From: Desulfarculia bacterium
Lineage (GTDB): Bacteria; Desulfobacterota; Desulfarculia; G963662305
DNA length: 64,000 bases
Direction of reading: 5' to 3'
Assembly: GCA_963662305.1 (NCBI GenBank)
Contig: OY759352.1
Location: forward strand, 2,013,620-2,077,619
In this document: positions 38,982-47,848 of the stretch, piece after piece
Position numbering within the stretch: position 1 is the first letter of the stretch
How the letters are laid out: the number at the start of each line of letters is the position of its first letter
The notes under the pieces: generated by a model
Told to the model about the DNA's origin: nothing
Seen by the model: the letters and a program-made list of their open reading frames with translations, nothing else
The model's database searches: none
Position numbers and translations under genes: made by a program

Positions 38982-41090
38982 TCAGTAGTCGTAGCTTAAG
39001 CTCAGCCAGAAGGACCGGCCGGCCGAGGGGTAGCCGTTGAAGTCCTCGTACTGGTCGTCGCCCACGTTGCGGACCTCGAAATCAACGGTGGCGCCCCAGA
39101 GCTTGTAGGACAGGCCCACGTTGAACACGTTCTTGTCCTCGGCCGGGAGCAGGTTGGCCGTGTCGTAGTACATCCCCTTCTGGGCCTGGTACTCACCGTA
39201 GACCTTCAGGCCCTCCCACAGAAACTCCAGCCGGCAGAAGTATGACTGGTTGAACCGGCCGGGCAGTTCCTTGCCCTCAAAGGCTTTCACATCGCCGTGG
39301 TTGATGGCCTCCTGGAAGGTGGCGTTGCCGCTGAACCGGAAATACTCCAGGAAATCCACATTGAGCTGAAGCTCCACGCCCTGGATGTCGGCGTGGGCGA
39401 TGTTTTTGGAAGTGCCCACCCCGTAGGAGTCGTAGACCCGGATGATGATGTCGTCCACGTCGCTACGGAAATAGGCCGCCCGGGCGAAAAGACGGTCCAG
39501 GCAAAATACCTTGGGGGTCAGGCTGACCTCCAGCCCCACATCGAAGTTGATTCCGGACTCGGCCTCCAGATCCTTGTTGGCGGCCAGGAATCCGCGGTCG
39601 CCGAAGAGCTCGTAGAAGTTGGGCTCGCGGACGTACTGGGAAAAATTGGATTTAAGGGCCAGCCAGTCCAGGGCCTGAAATTTCAGCCCGATCTGGGGGT
39701 TGACGTACTGCTCCTGCCGCTTCCGGCCCTCCAAGACCGAACCCCAGGAGCTGACCGCGCTCTTGAGGTGGTCCTTAAGCCGGGTGTAGCGCAGGGCCGG
39801 GGTGATGGTCAGGCGCTCGTCCAGCAGGACCAGGCTGTCCTGAAGGGCCGCCGAAATGGAGGTCCGGTCGGAGGAGGGGGGGGTGTCCACCCCCAGCTTG
39901 TCCACGGGCAGATAATCCTCGTAGCGGATGTCGGCGCTGACCGCCGCAGTGTGGTAGCGGGTGGGCCATTCCACGAACAGGTTGGCCCCGTAGCGGTCGG
40001 TGTTGTAGATGTTGAGCTGCCTGCCCAGGCCGATGCCGTCGTGGCGGTCGTCGTACTCCTCCTCCTGCCACAGGTAATCCAGGCGCAGGGCCGCGTTGAG
40101 GTGGAGGCTGGTCAGGTTGTCCTTGCTCAGGCGCAGGGTGGAGATGTTGCGCTTGGTGGTCAGGGAGGCGTCGGTCTTGGTGGAGTTGTTCCAGGAGGAC
40201 AGGCCCTGATCCTTGTAAAAGAACTGGTTCATCCCGTCCAGGCGAAAGCCGCCTCCCAGGTCGTATCCGGCCTTGACCAGAACGTTGGCCTTGTCGTATT
40301 GGGCGTTGTTGCGGTCCTCGTAGCGGTCGTCGTCCTTGTTGAACTGGGTCCCGTTGTCGTTGAATATCTCAAAATCGTTGTCGCTGGCGGAATAGTCGGC
40401 GGAGATCAGATAATCGAACCGGCCCAGGTTGTGGTTAAGGTAGGCCGAGGCCTGGCGGGTGTTGAAGGAGCCGTAAGCTGCCGAGGCCGAGGCGTTGAGG
40501 CCCTCTTGGACCTTGAGGGTTTTGATGTTGACCACTCCGCCGATGGAGGCTTTGCTGAAATTGGCCGGGGTGGTCCCTCGGTATATCTCCAGGGATTCCA
40601 CGTCGCTCAAGGAGATGTTGCCCAGGTTGACCCCGCCCCCGGAACCGTCGTTGAGCAGGATGCCGTCCAGATAGATCATGACCTGGTCGCTGGAGGAACC
40701 CCGCAGAGACACGGTGGAGAACCCGCCCAGGCCGCCCTGCTGGCGGACCTGGACCCCGGCCTCCTTCTCGATCACGTCGGCCACGTTCTCCATCCGGCCC
40801 TGGAACTGGGACCGGTCGATGACCGTGAAGAAACCGGGCGAAACGGTCAGATCCACCTGTCCGGTCTCGATCTTTTCGGAGGTGACCTCCACCTCCTCCA
40901 GGACGGTCTCTTTTCCCTCGGACTCCTGTGAGACGTCTTCCTTGGAGCGGTCTTCCTCCGCTGTGATTTCAAGGGAATGGCCGCTTTCTCCGGCCCGGAC
41001 AGGACCGCCGGCACCCCCCCAGATCAGGAGGAATGAAAGGATAATGAACGGAATGCGCCGCCGAGATTTATCCAGAGTGGCCGTGATCAC
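38982..41090 (-). CDS. TonB-dependent outer-membrane receptor, BtuB-like (downstream of cobalamin riboswitch)
   Basis: GTG start at 41090 with AGGGGGAG upstream gives signal peptide VITATLDKSRRRIPFIILSFLLIWGGAGGPVRA; plug and barrel regions, C-terminal Y; the ORF-track ATG at 41153 lies inside the terminator palindrome. Confidence 0.85.
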   Translation of the reverse strand: MITATLDKSRRRIPFIILSFLLIWGGAGGPVRAGESGHSLEITAEEDRSKEDVSQESEGKETVLEEVEVTSEKIETGQVDLTVSPGFFTVIDRSQFQGRMENVADVIEKEAGVQVRQQGGLGGFSTVSLRGSSSDQVMIYLDGILLNDGSGGGVNLGNISLSDVESLEIYRGTTPANFSKASIGGVVNIKTLKVQEGLNASASAAYGSFNTRQASAYLNHNLGRFDYLISADYSASDNDFEIFNDNGTQFNKDDDRYEDRNNAQYDKANVLVKAGYDLGGGFRLDGMNQFFYKDQGLSSWNNSTKTDASLTTKRNISTLRLSKDNLTSLHLNAALRLDYLWQEEEYDDRHDGIGLGRQLNIYNTDRYGANLFVEWPTRYHTAAVSADIRYEDYLPVDKLGVDTPPSSDRTSISAALQDSLVLLDERLTITPALRYTRLKDHLKSAVSSWGSVLEGRKRQEQYVNPQIGLKFQALDWLALKSNFSQYVREPNFYELFGDRGFLAANKDLEAESGINFDVGLEVSLTPKVFCLDRLFARAAYFRSDVDDIIIRVYDSYGVGTSKNIAHADIQGVELQLNVDFLEYFRFSGNATFQEAINHGDVKAFEGKELPGRFNQSYFCRLEFLWEGLKVYGEYQAQKGMYYDTANLLPAEDKNVFNVGLSYKLWGATVDFEVRNVGDDQYEDFNGYPSAGRSFWLSLSYDY

Positions 41091-41134
41091 AGCTCCCCCT
41101 TTAATAGGCCGGCGGCCAGGGGCGGATCCGCTGG

Positions 41135-41174
41135 TAAAAAAAAGTCCCCCCATCCCTTAAGGGATGGGGGGACT
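41135..41174 (-). terminator. Intrinsic-terminator-like hairpin (perfect 32-nt palindrome followed by U8 on the minus strand); probable riboswitch expression platform
   Basis: 41143-41174 AGTCCCCCCATCCCTT/AAGGGATGGGGGGACT is a perfect palindrome; on the minus strand it is followed immediately by eight U; sits between the riboswitch aptamer and the receptor start codon. Confidence 0.55.
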
Positions 41175-41294
41175 GCACCCAGCTTACTTGGTCTCCCCAA
41201 AGGCGCTTTTAATTATCTAAACAGCGCCCGGCCTCGGTCCGGTCTTTCGCCGGCCTTGGTTATGAGCAGATGGCGGGTCTTCTGACTCCCGGAT

Positions 41295-41450
41295 CATCCT
41301 CCGGCCGCCCCTTCCCGCCGCCTTTTTTGACGGCAGTGGCTTATCGCGACCTTTGTCCCCGGTTACAGCGGCGGGACCGTGCCGGACTTGCACCGGCTTC
41401 CCCATTGAGCCTTACGGCACCGATCTACATTATGCCTCTACTAATAAAGG
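41295..41450 (-). promoter_or_regulatory. Cobalamin (AdoCbl) riboswitch aptamer
   Basis: Minus-strand RNA reads ...AAUGGGGAAGCCGGUGCAAGUCCGGCACGGUCCCGCCGCUGUAACCGGGGACAAAGGUCGCGAUAAGCCACUGCCGUCAAAAAAGGCGGCGGGAAGGGG..., matching the conserved cobalamin-riboswitch core (GGGAA..CCGGUG..AAGUCCGG..CCCGCC.CUGU...GCCACUG...GGGAAGG, i.e. the B12 box). Confidence 0.8.
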
Positions 41451-41468
41451 CGTACCCGGTCCCTGTCA
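41440..41468 (-). promoter_or_regulatory. Candidate sigma-70-type promoter for the riboswitch leader (-35 TTGACA, 17-nt spacer, -10 TATTAG)
   Basis: Motifs read directly on the minus strand immediately 5' of the aptamer; not experimentally anchored. Confidence 0.35.
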
Positions 41469-41924
41469 ACCCCTAACTGTCTTGGAACCCTGTCTGAATT
41501 TTATTGGGATAGACCGGAGTAACGTATCCGGGGAACCGACTTTCTCCTTCCAGGCAGATTATCCGGATGTTATTAAAAAGAAATTGAGCGGAGAGCTTCG
41601 TTTTGCCTGATCCGCAGGTCTTTGTTAAGCTCCTTTCGATTGCCTTCTCTCATGGACAACAGTCCACCGGGTTTCAATACCCGGCCAGGTTCCCCCAGGT
41701 TCGCCTTTTGCCCCGGCGATTCACCAACCTGGAGTCCGCCCCGCCTGCGCCCGCCGCCGGGCCGGTCCATAATAATACCTGGTGTACTCAGGGAACAGGT
41801 CTGATAAGATACGATCAAACTAGTTTCCACGGACCCGAAGAAAGCTCGGGCCGGACCATGGAACGCCGCTGGTTCAAATAATGGTAGGCTGGTTTTCGCC
41901 ACATGCTGTTCAGGTGATTCACTA

Positions 41925-44090
41925 ATGCTGTTCAGACCTGCAGAAGATCAATCACGACATCCCAGATTCAGAAAAGGCGCCCTCCTTTTTATCGCCGTTT
42001 TCCTGATGGTGGTTGTTGTTGTAGGCCTGGAATTGAGCGTGAGGGCGGACCGATCACTGACCGACACCCTCTGTCGCCAGTTTAATGAGCAGCAGCTCAT
42101 AACAGCCCGAAACGCCAAGGACCTTATCGAGCGGGAGCTGGATTTGGTCAAAGGGGAGATCCGGATCGTTACCAGACAGGTATCTCTGGCCCCGGACAGA
42201 CCGGAGGACCTTAAGGCGATAATCGAGAACAGCATGCTGCGGATCGCCGGCGGAGGCGTCCGCAAGGTGGAGGTCATAGACCCCAAGGGAAAGAAGGCTC
42301 TTGTATACGCCCCCCACCGCCACGCTGTGGCTGAAAAAACGGCGGATGAATCCAGCCTGAGCTACCTAGACGTATCTTCCTTATCCAGCGGGAAAATATG
42401 GGTATCCCGGCCCAGGGTCGAGCACGGTCGGATAATCATGTTCATGGCTACCGCAGTGGAAGGGCCGGGGCCTCGGCTGCTGGTTTTTGAAATAAATGCC
42501 ACTTTGCTGGTCAGGCCTTTTTTGAAAAATATCCGCTCCGGCCAGGTTGGGTATGCCTGGCTGATCGACGAAAAGGGCCGGTTTATTTATCATTATGTCA
42601 CTGAATTCATAGGCAAGGAGTCCTTCCAGGCGCGCCGCGACCGGAACCCGGATATCTCTTACGAGGAGATCAACCGCATCCAGAAGGAAAAAATGGTTCA
42701 GGGGCGGGAAGGGACCGGGTATTACTATTCCGGTTGGCATCGAGGCACAACCGGACGGATCAAGAAACTGATCGCCTTTACTCCTGTCTCCATCTCCTCC
42801 TCGCCGTCCCAGAGATGGTCGGTCGCCGTGGTTTCGCCCTTCTACGACATGGAGAATGTGGTCAACCACCGGCACACCGGGCAATTTATCCTGGTTATTT
42901 TTTTCATATCGATAATCGTGATCTCATTCGGCACTCTCGTCTATTGGGAGATGCGATGGTCCCGTACTCTGTCCCGGCGGGTCGAGGTCCGCACCGAAGA
43001 GCTGCGGCGTTCGGAGGAGAGGTACCGCCTTCTTGTCGAAAGCGCGGAAGACTATATTTTTACCATCGACCTGGACAAAAAACTGCAGTCCATGAACAAC
43101 TACACCGCCAAGTTTTTCGGTGGAAGCCCCGAAGACCTGGTGGGAAAGGGGTTCGGCCATCTTTTCCCCGGCCCTGTTGCCGCCCGGCTGGAAAGAGAGG
43201 TGGACAAGGTCTACCTCTACGGCAAGAGCCGGCGCGACGAGTTCGAATTGGACGTCGAGGAGCATCAGATCTGGATCGATATCCATCTCATGCCCATAAA
43301 GGAAAAGGGGGGGGCGGTCACCCGGGTTTTGTGCATCGCCCGCGACATAACTGAAAGCAAGGAGCTCGCGAGGAACCTGATTAACACTGAAAAGCTGGCC
43401 TCCCTGGGCACTCTTGCCGCGGGGGTGGCCCACGAGGTCAACAACCCCCTGGGGGTCATCTTGGGCTTCTGCGATATCCTGATAAAAAACGCCCGTCCCG
43501 GCAGCCAGGAGTTGGAAGATTTGGAGATCATCCGTCGCCAGGGTGATCACTGCAAGGAGGTGGTCGCCAACCTGTTGACCTTTGCCCGCCAAGATGACCT
43601 GGAGGAGGAGTACTGCGATTTGAACGCCTGCCTGCTTGAGATTTTGCAGGTCTGCCGGCACAGCCTGGAGATGAACAGCATTGAATTGACGATAAAAACA
43701 GGGGAGGGCCTGCCTCCGGTTTTGGGCCATAAGCGAAAACTGCAACAGGTTTTCCTGAATTTGATGAACAATTCCCTGGCGGCCCTGGGAGAAGGCGGGG
43801 AGGTGACGGTTAAAACCGGATATGACCGCAGCAGCCGAAGGGTGACGGTTCTTTTCCGGGATAACGGCGAAGGCATCGCCCAAAAGGACCTCAAACGTAT
43901 TTTCGATCCTTTCTTCACCACCAAGTCCATCGGCGAGGGCACAGGCCTGGGATTGTTCGTTACCTACGGCATTATCAAACAATACGGCGGAACCATAGAG
44001 TGCCTCAGTTCAGGCCTGGACCAGCCGGAAAAACCCAGCGGGACCCAGTTTATTATCAAACTCAAACCAAGGACGGCAGGACAGCCATGA
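41925..44090 (+). CDS. Sensor histidine kinase (periplasmic sensor domain, PAS, HisKA, HATPase_c)
   Basis: H-box AAGVAHEVNNPLGV; N, G1, G2 boxes (NLMNNSLAAL, DNGEGI, GEGTGLGL); N-terminal TM plus extracytoplasmic domain. Confidence 0.85.
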   Translation: MLFRPAEDQSRHPRFRKGALLFIAVFLMVVVVVGLELSVRADRSLTDTLCRQFNEQQLITARNAKDLIERELDLVKGEIRIVTRQVSLAPDRPEDLKAIIENSMLRIAGGGVRKVEVIDPKGKKALVYAPHRHAVAEKTADESSLSYLDVSSLSSGKIWVSRPRVEHGRIIMFMATAVEGPGPRLLVFEINATLLVRPFLKNIRSGQVGYAWLIDEKGRFIYHYVTEFIGKESFQARRDRNPDISYEEINRIQKEKMVQGREGTGYYYSGWHRGTTGRIKKLIAFTPVSISSSPSQRWSVAVVSPFYDMENVVNHRHTGQFILVIFFISIIVISFGTLVYWEMRWSRTLSRRVEVRTEELRRSEERYRLLVESAEDYIFTIDLDKKLQSMNNYTAKFFGGSPEDLVGKGFGHLFPGPVAARLEREVDKVYLYGKSRRDEFELDVEEHQIWIDIHLMPIKEKGGAVTRVLCIARDITESKELARNLINTEKLASLGTLAAGVAHEVNNPLGVILGFCDILIKNARPGSQELEDLEIIRRQGDHCKEVVANLLTFARQDDLEEEYCDLNACLLEILQVCRHSLEMNSIELTIKTGEGLPPVLGHKRKLQQVFLNLMNNSLAALGEGGEVTVKTGYDRSSRRVTVLFRDNGEGIAQKDLKRIFDPFFTTKSIGEGTGLGLFVTYGIIKQYGGTIECLSSGLDQPEKPSGTQFIIKLKPRTAGQP

Positions 44091-45511
44091 CCGGCAGGAT
44101 TTTAGTTATCGATGATGAGAAGGACATGCTCTTGCTGCTGAGCCGGATTATCACCGAAGAGGGCGCATACCAGGTAGTCACCGAATCGGATCCGCTCAGG
44201 GCGATGGCCCTGTTCAAGGAGCAGCCCTTCGACCTGGTTCTCACTGATCTGAAGATGCCCAAAATGAACGGCATCGAAGTCCTGGAGCAGGTCAAGCGGA
44301 CCAGCCCTGACGTATCCGTGATCATCCTGACCGCCTTTGCCACCATTGACAACGCGGTGGCCGCAGTTCACAAGGGTGCCTACGACTATCTGACCAAGCC
44401 TTTTCAAAGGGAGCGGCTGCTCCTGACCATTGAGAAGGTGATGGCCTTGCAGGAGCTGGTCCGGGAGAACATGACCCTCCGCCAGGCCCTGGCCAAAAAG
44501 GAAGAACAGACGCCCATAGTCGGCTCCTCGCCTTTTGTAAAAGATATGGAGCAGCGCATCCGTCAGGTGGGCCCGACCATGGCCACGGTCCTTATCACCG
44601 GCCCCAGCGGCACCGGAAAGGAGCTGGTCGCCCGGGCGGTCCATGAACACAGCCAGCGCCGGAACAACAAATTTGTGACGGTCAACTGTACGGCTCTGCC
44701 GGCCGGTGTTCTGGAGAGCGAACTTTTCGGCCACGTCAAGGGAGCCTTTACCGGCGCGTTAAGAGATAAAAGGGGGTTGGTGGAAGAGGCGCACGGGGGC
44801 AGCCTTTTCCTGGACGAGATCGGAGATTTGAGCCCCATGATCCAGACCACCCTGCTGCGGCTTCTTCAGGAAGGCGAGTATAAGCCGGTGGGCAGCGTGG
44901 TTACCAAAAAGGCGGACGTCCGTTTCATTGCCGCCACCAATCACAATCTCAAGCAGGACATCAAGGATAAGAATTTCCGGGAGGACCTCTACTACCGCCT
45001 GAACGTGATCCACCTTGAGATGTCGCCGCTGACCGAGCGAAGACGGGACATTCCCCTGTTGGCCTATCATTTTCTGAAAAAATACAGTCAGCTGAATAAA
45101 AAGCAGATCCAGGCCATCTCCCCGGCCACCCTTCAGGTGCTGATGAACCTGGACTACCCCGGTAATATCAGGGAGCTGGAGAACATTATCGAGCGCGGGG
45201 TCATTTTTTGCCAAACCAACACCCTGGGTCTGGCCGATTTGAGGCTGGAGGATCAGGACCCCATTTTTTCCGAACTGCGGGACGACATCTTCCGAATGTC
45301 CTTCAAGGAGGCCAAGGAGAGAGTCGTCCAGGCCTTTCACTATCGCTACATCGGCTATCTGCTGGCCGAAACCGGCGGCAACATCTCCCAGGCCGCGGAG
45401 ATGGCCGGGATTCAACGCCAATATCTCCATCGGCTGATGAAGGATACCGGCATAAGCACGGAAGAGTATAAGAAGGGCTTTCAACAGCCCGACAGAGAAA
45501 CCGAGGATTAG
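44087..45511 (+). CDS. Sigma-54-dependent response regulator (NtrC family: REC, AAA+ sigma-54 activator, HTH)
   Basis: ATG 44087 overlaps kinase stop (ATGA); REC Asp in LVLTDLKMP; Walker A GPSGTGKE; GAFTGA sigma-54 contact motif; C-terminal Fis-type HTH. Confidence 0.9.
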   Translation: MTGRILVIDDEKDMLLLLSRIITEEGAYQVVTESDPLRAMALFKEQPFDLVLTDLKMPKMNGIEVLEQVKRTSPDVSVIILTAFATIDNAVAAVHKGAYDYLTKPFQRERLLLTIEKVMALQELVRENMTLRQALAKKEEQTPIVGSSPFVKDMEQRIRQVGPTMATVLITGPSGTGKELVARAVHEHSQRRNNKFVTVNCTALPAGVLESELFGHVKGAFTGALRDKRGLVEEAHGGSLFLDEIGDLSPMIQTTLLRLLQEGEYKPVGSVVTKKADVRFIAATNHNLKQDIKDKNFREDLYYRLNVIHLEMSPLTERRRDIPLLAYHFLKKYSQLNKKQIQAISPATLQVLMNLDYPGNIRELENIIERGVIFCQTNTLGLADLRLEDQDPIFSELRDDIFRMSFKEAKERVVQAFHYRYIGYLLAETGGNISQAAEMAGIQRQYLHRLMKDTGISTEEYKKGFQQPDRETED

Positions 45512-45514
45512 GCC

Positions 45515-45910
45515 TCAGCGGCCACCCACCATCCGGCGGATCAACACCGCCCCCGCCAACCCGGCTCCCAGCCAGGTGAGGATCACCAGCGCGGTAATCG
45601 CAACGGTCAGCCTGCGGTCAGGGGCCAGGGCCTGACCGGCCTCGGCGCGACACTCGGCCAGAATCTCGTCCGGGATGAGGCGGACAACCAGATAGAGACC
45701 CAAAGGCACCAGGATCAGATCGTCCACGTAACCCAGAATGGGGATGAAATCGGGGATCAGGTCTATGGGGCTCAAGGCGTAGGCAACCACCAGGGCGGCC
45801 GCGACCTTGGCCAATCGGGGCGTCTTTGGGTGGCGGCTGGCCAAGAGGAGGGTCAGAACCTCCCTCTTGAGCCGCCCGGCCGCCTTTTGCCAGGAACGAT
45901 AAATTCCCAA
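45515..45910 (-). CDS. DUF1232 (YkvA-like) membrane protein
   Basis: 131 aa with characteristic [15 protein letters not shown] segment. Confidence 0.6.
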   Translation of the reverse strand: MGIYRSWQKAAGRLKREVLTLLLASRHPKTPRLAKVAAALVVAYALSPIDLIPDFIPILGYVDDLILVPLGLYLVVRLIPDEILAECRAEAGQALAPDRRLTVAITALVILTWLGAGLAGAVLIRRMVGGR

Positions 45911-46066
45911 TGAGTTCCTTCCAGACTCTCCGGTCCAAACTCGTCTGAACCATCGAACCTTCTCCGCCCCTTAGACTGGCCTATCCAATAGATTCGGCAG
46001 ACCGTTTGAGCACAGCCTGCCGGAGTGGTCGGCGGCAGCCCATCCGTCCAGGGAGGGAGATTTTTA

Positions 46067-46993
46067 TTACATCATAAGGTAGACCAGGATACCGCCTATG
46101 GCCAGCCAGATATTGGTGATGTTTGATACGGTAATGTTGAGAACCGCCGCCAGAGGCCTGCCTCTCCGGAACAGGGAGATGCATGATTTGAACTCCGGCC
46201 AGCTGGTCAAGGCCGACAGAACAAAAAATCCGATCACACCCTTGGGGGCGTGCGAGTGTTCCGCGGAGAAGCTGACCACCGGGTCGAGCAGATAGCCGGC
46301 CACAATAAGGACCACAAAGGCGGGAATGAACCAGACCCGGGAAACGGCTTCGGCGTCCTCGTCCTCGCTGGGCTCATCCGGCCGCAGGCGGAACAGGATG
46401 GCCGAAACCACCAGGGTCACCACCGCCCAAAGGAGGTAGTAGCTTGAGGGAATGAAAAAAAACCCGCCGGCAAAAGAGGCGGTGATGAGGATGCAGGTCA
46501 CGGTGTAGAGAGGGTGGGTTTTGATCGTTCTTAGAAAATTGGCGGTGATAAGAGAGGAGATGATCAGCATCACCGGGTTCATGAAATTGGACCCCAGGGG
46601 CGTGCTGGCAGCGAAAAGAATATTGCCCGAGATGAGGCCCACAACCAGGCAAAGCCCTTCCGGTCCGTTGGTGATGAATCCGACCAACGTGCCCAGCCCC
46701 TTCACGTCTTTCAGGCTTTCAATGATCAGCTCCACTGAAATCCCGACGAAGAACATGATGAAAATCACGCCCAGCGCCCCGACAAGAGACATCTTCATAT
46801 CGCCGCCGCCCACCAGGGAGGAGATGCTGAAAAAGAGCAGAACCCCGACCCAGATTCCGATGTCCAGCGGTTCGAAGAGACTCACCTCTCCGATCTTCCA
46901 CCCCTTTTTCTCATCAGGAACCGGCATCATCATTTCATCGGCGGTAACGGCTTTCGGGGAGCCGGTGCGGGGGTTGTCCGTGTGATTGCTCAT
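46067..46993 (-). CDS. Polytopic membrane protein, possible cation antiporter (CaCA-like); function uncertain
   Basis: Start at MSNHTDNP (ATG 46993, GAGGTG 7 nt upstream); ~10 TM segments; internal repeats reminiscent of Na+/Ca2+ exchanger alpha-repeats (GNILFAAST..., LTSWPEF). Confidence 0.45.
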   Translation of the reverse strand: MSNHTDNPRTGSPKAVTADEMMMPVPDEKKGWKIGEVSLFEPLDIGIWVGVLLFFSISSLVGGGDMKMSLVGALGVIFIMFFVGISVELIIESLKDVKGLGTLVGFITNGPEGLCLVVGLISGNILFAASTPLGSNFMNPVMLIISSLITANFLRTIKTHPLYTVTCILITASFAGGFFFIPSSYYLLWAVVTLVVSAILFRLRPDEPSEDEDAEAVSRVWFIPAFVVLIVAGYLLDPVVSFSAEHSHAPKGVIGFFVLSALTSWPEFKSCISLFRRGRPLAAVLNITVSNITNIWLAIGGILVYLMM

Positions 46994-47097
46994 GGTGGAA
47001 CACCTCATTTCTTAAATTACGCTTCATGTAATCACAGGGCGCATCGGCCCCGGCAGGCCCGGTCCGTGTCCCGGCCCCTGTCGGCTTTCGAACTTCC

Positions 47098-47304
47098 TTA
47101 ACGCACCCCCAACTCCTGCAAGGCATCCTGGAAGAGGACCATGCCCACGGGCCTGCCCCGGTCGATTACGACGATCCGGTCGACTCCGTGGATGGCCATC
47201 AGTTCCAGAGCGTAGGCGATCCTGTCGGTCATTATCACCGAAGGGGTGGATGGAAGGCTGGTCGCCAAGGGATGTACGATCTCCTTCACCGTTCTGCGCC
47301 TCAT
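47098..47304 (-). CDS. Small CBS-domain protein
   Basis: 68 aa; single CBS-like segment (VDRIVVIDRGRPVGMV). Confidence 0.4.
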   Translation of the reverse strand: MRRRTVKEIVHPLATSLPSTPSVIMTDRIAYALELMAIHGVDRIVVIDRGRPVGMVLFQDALQELGVR

Positions 47305-47848
47305 ATCACCACACCCCGCCGCTTACAGATAAATTTGAAGGAAGCAACGAGGGTGCCAGTTTACACGGCCCAAGAACAGGTGCGGCGATGTTGTCCTAAC
47401 TATGGGTTGTCATAGCTCATTATCAGTGGGCCTCTCTGAAATTTCCCTGCTCCCCGGAACCCGAGGGCCTCTCCCCCTCGGAGGATGGGGCTATATCTGT
47501 CAACGGGAGGTGACAGATTTGGGGGGAGGTGTCCACAAAATAGTTCCACTCCAGATCCGATCCTTCCCCGGCGATTGGAAATTGTTGCGAATTAACTAAT
47601 AAAAAAATGGGGTTAAGACACACCCTCGACTTGTTCAAATTGGCACAATCTTTGATTCACCAATCGATCAAGCAAAAGCGATGGTACTTAAGCGGGGATC
47701 AATGATTTCCGACAAGACCAAGGAAGGTGGGTGAGAAAGTTAATCCTATTATTGAAAGTTCGACTCGGCCTAATTATGGAGTTAAACCGTCCGCAAAATA
47801 AGCCCTCATTAATCAAAAGAACGAGGGGCAAAAAAGGAGTGGAAAATT

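Noticed and set aside
41603-41881. Short ORFs in the 41180-41920 leader/intergenic region
   Set aside because: They overlap the cobalamin riboswitch and the divergent promoter region and have no coding signal; the region is better explained as regulatory RNA and promoters.
47641-47656. Sigma-54-like promoter motif TGGCACAATCTTTGAT upstream of the TauE-like gene
   Set aside because: The -24 element matches but the -12 element is TTGA rather than TTGC, and it lies ~190 nt upstream of the start codon; too weak to call without expression data.
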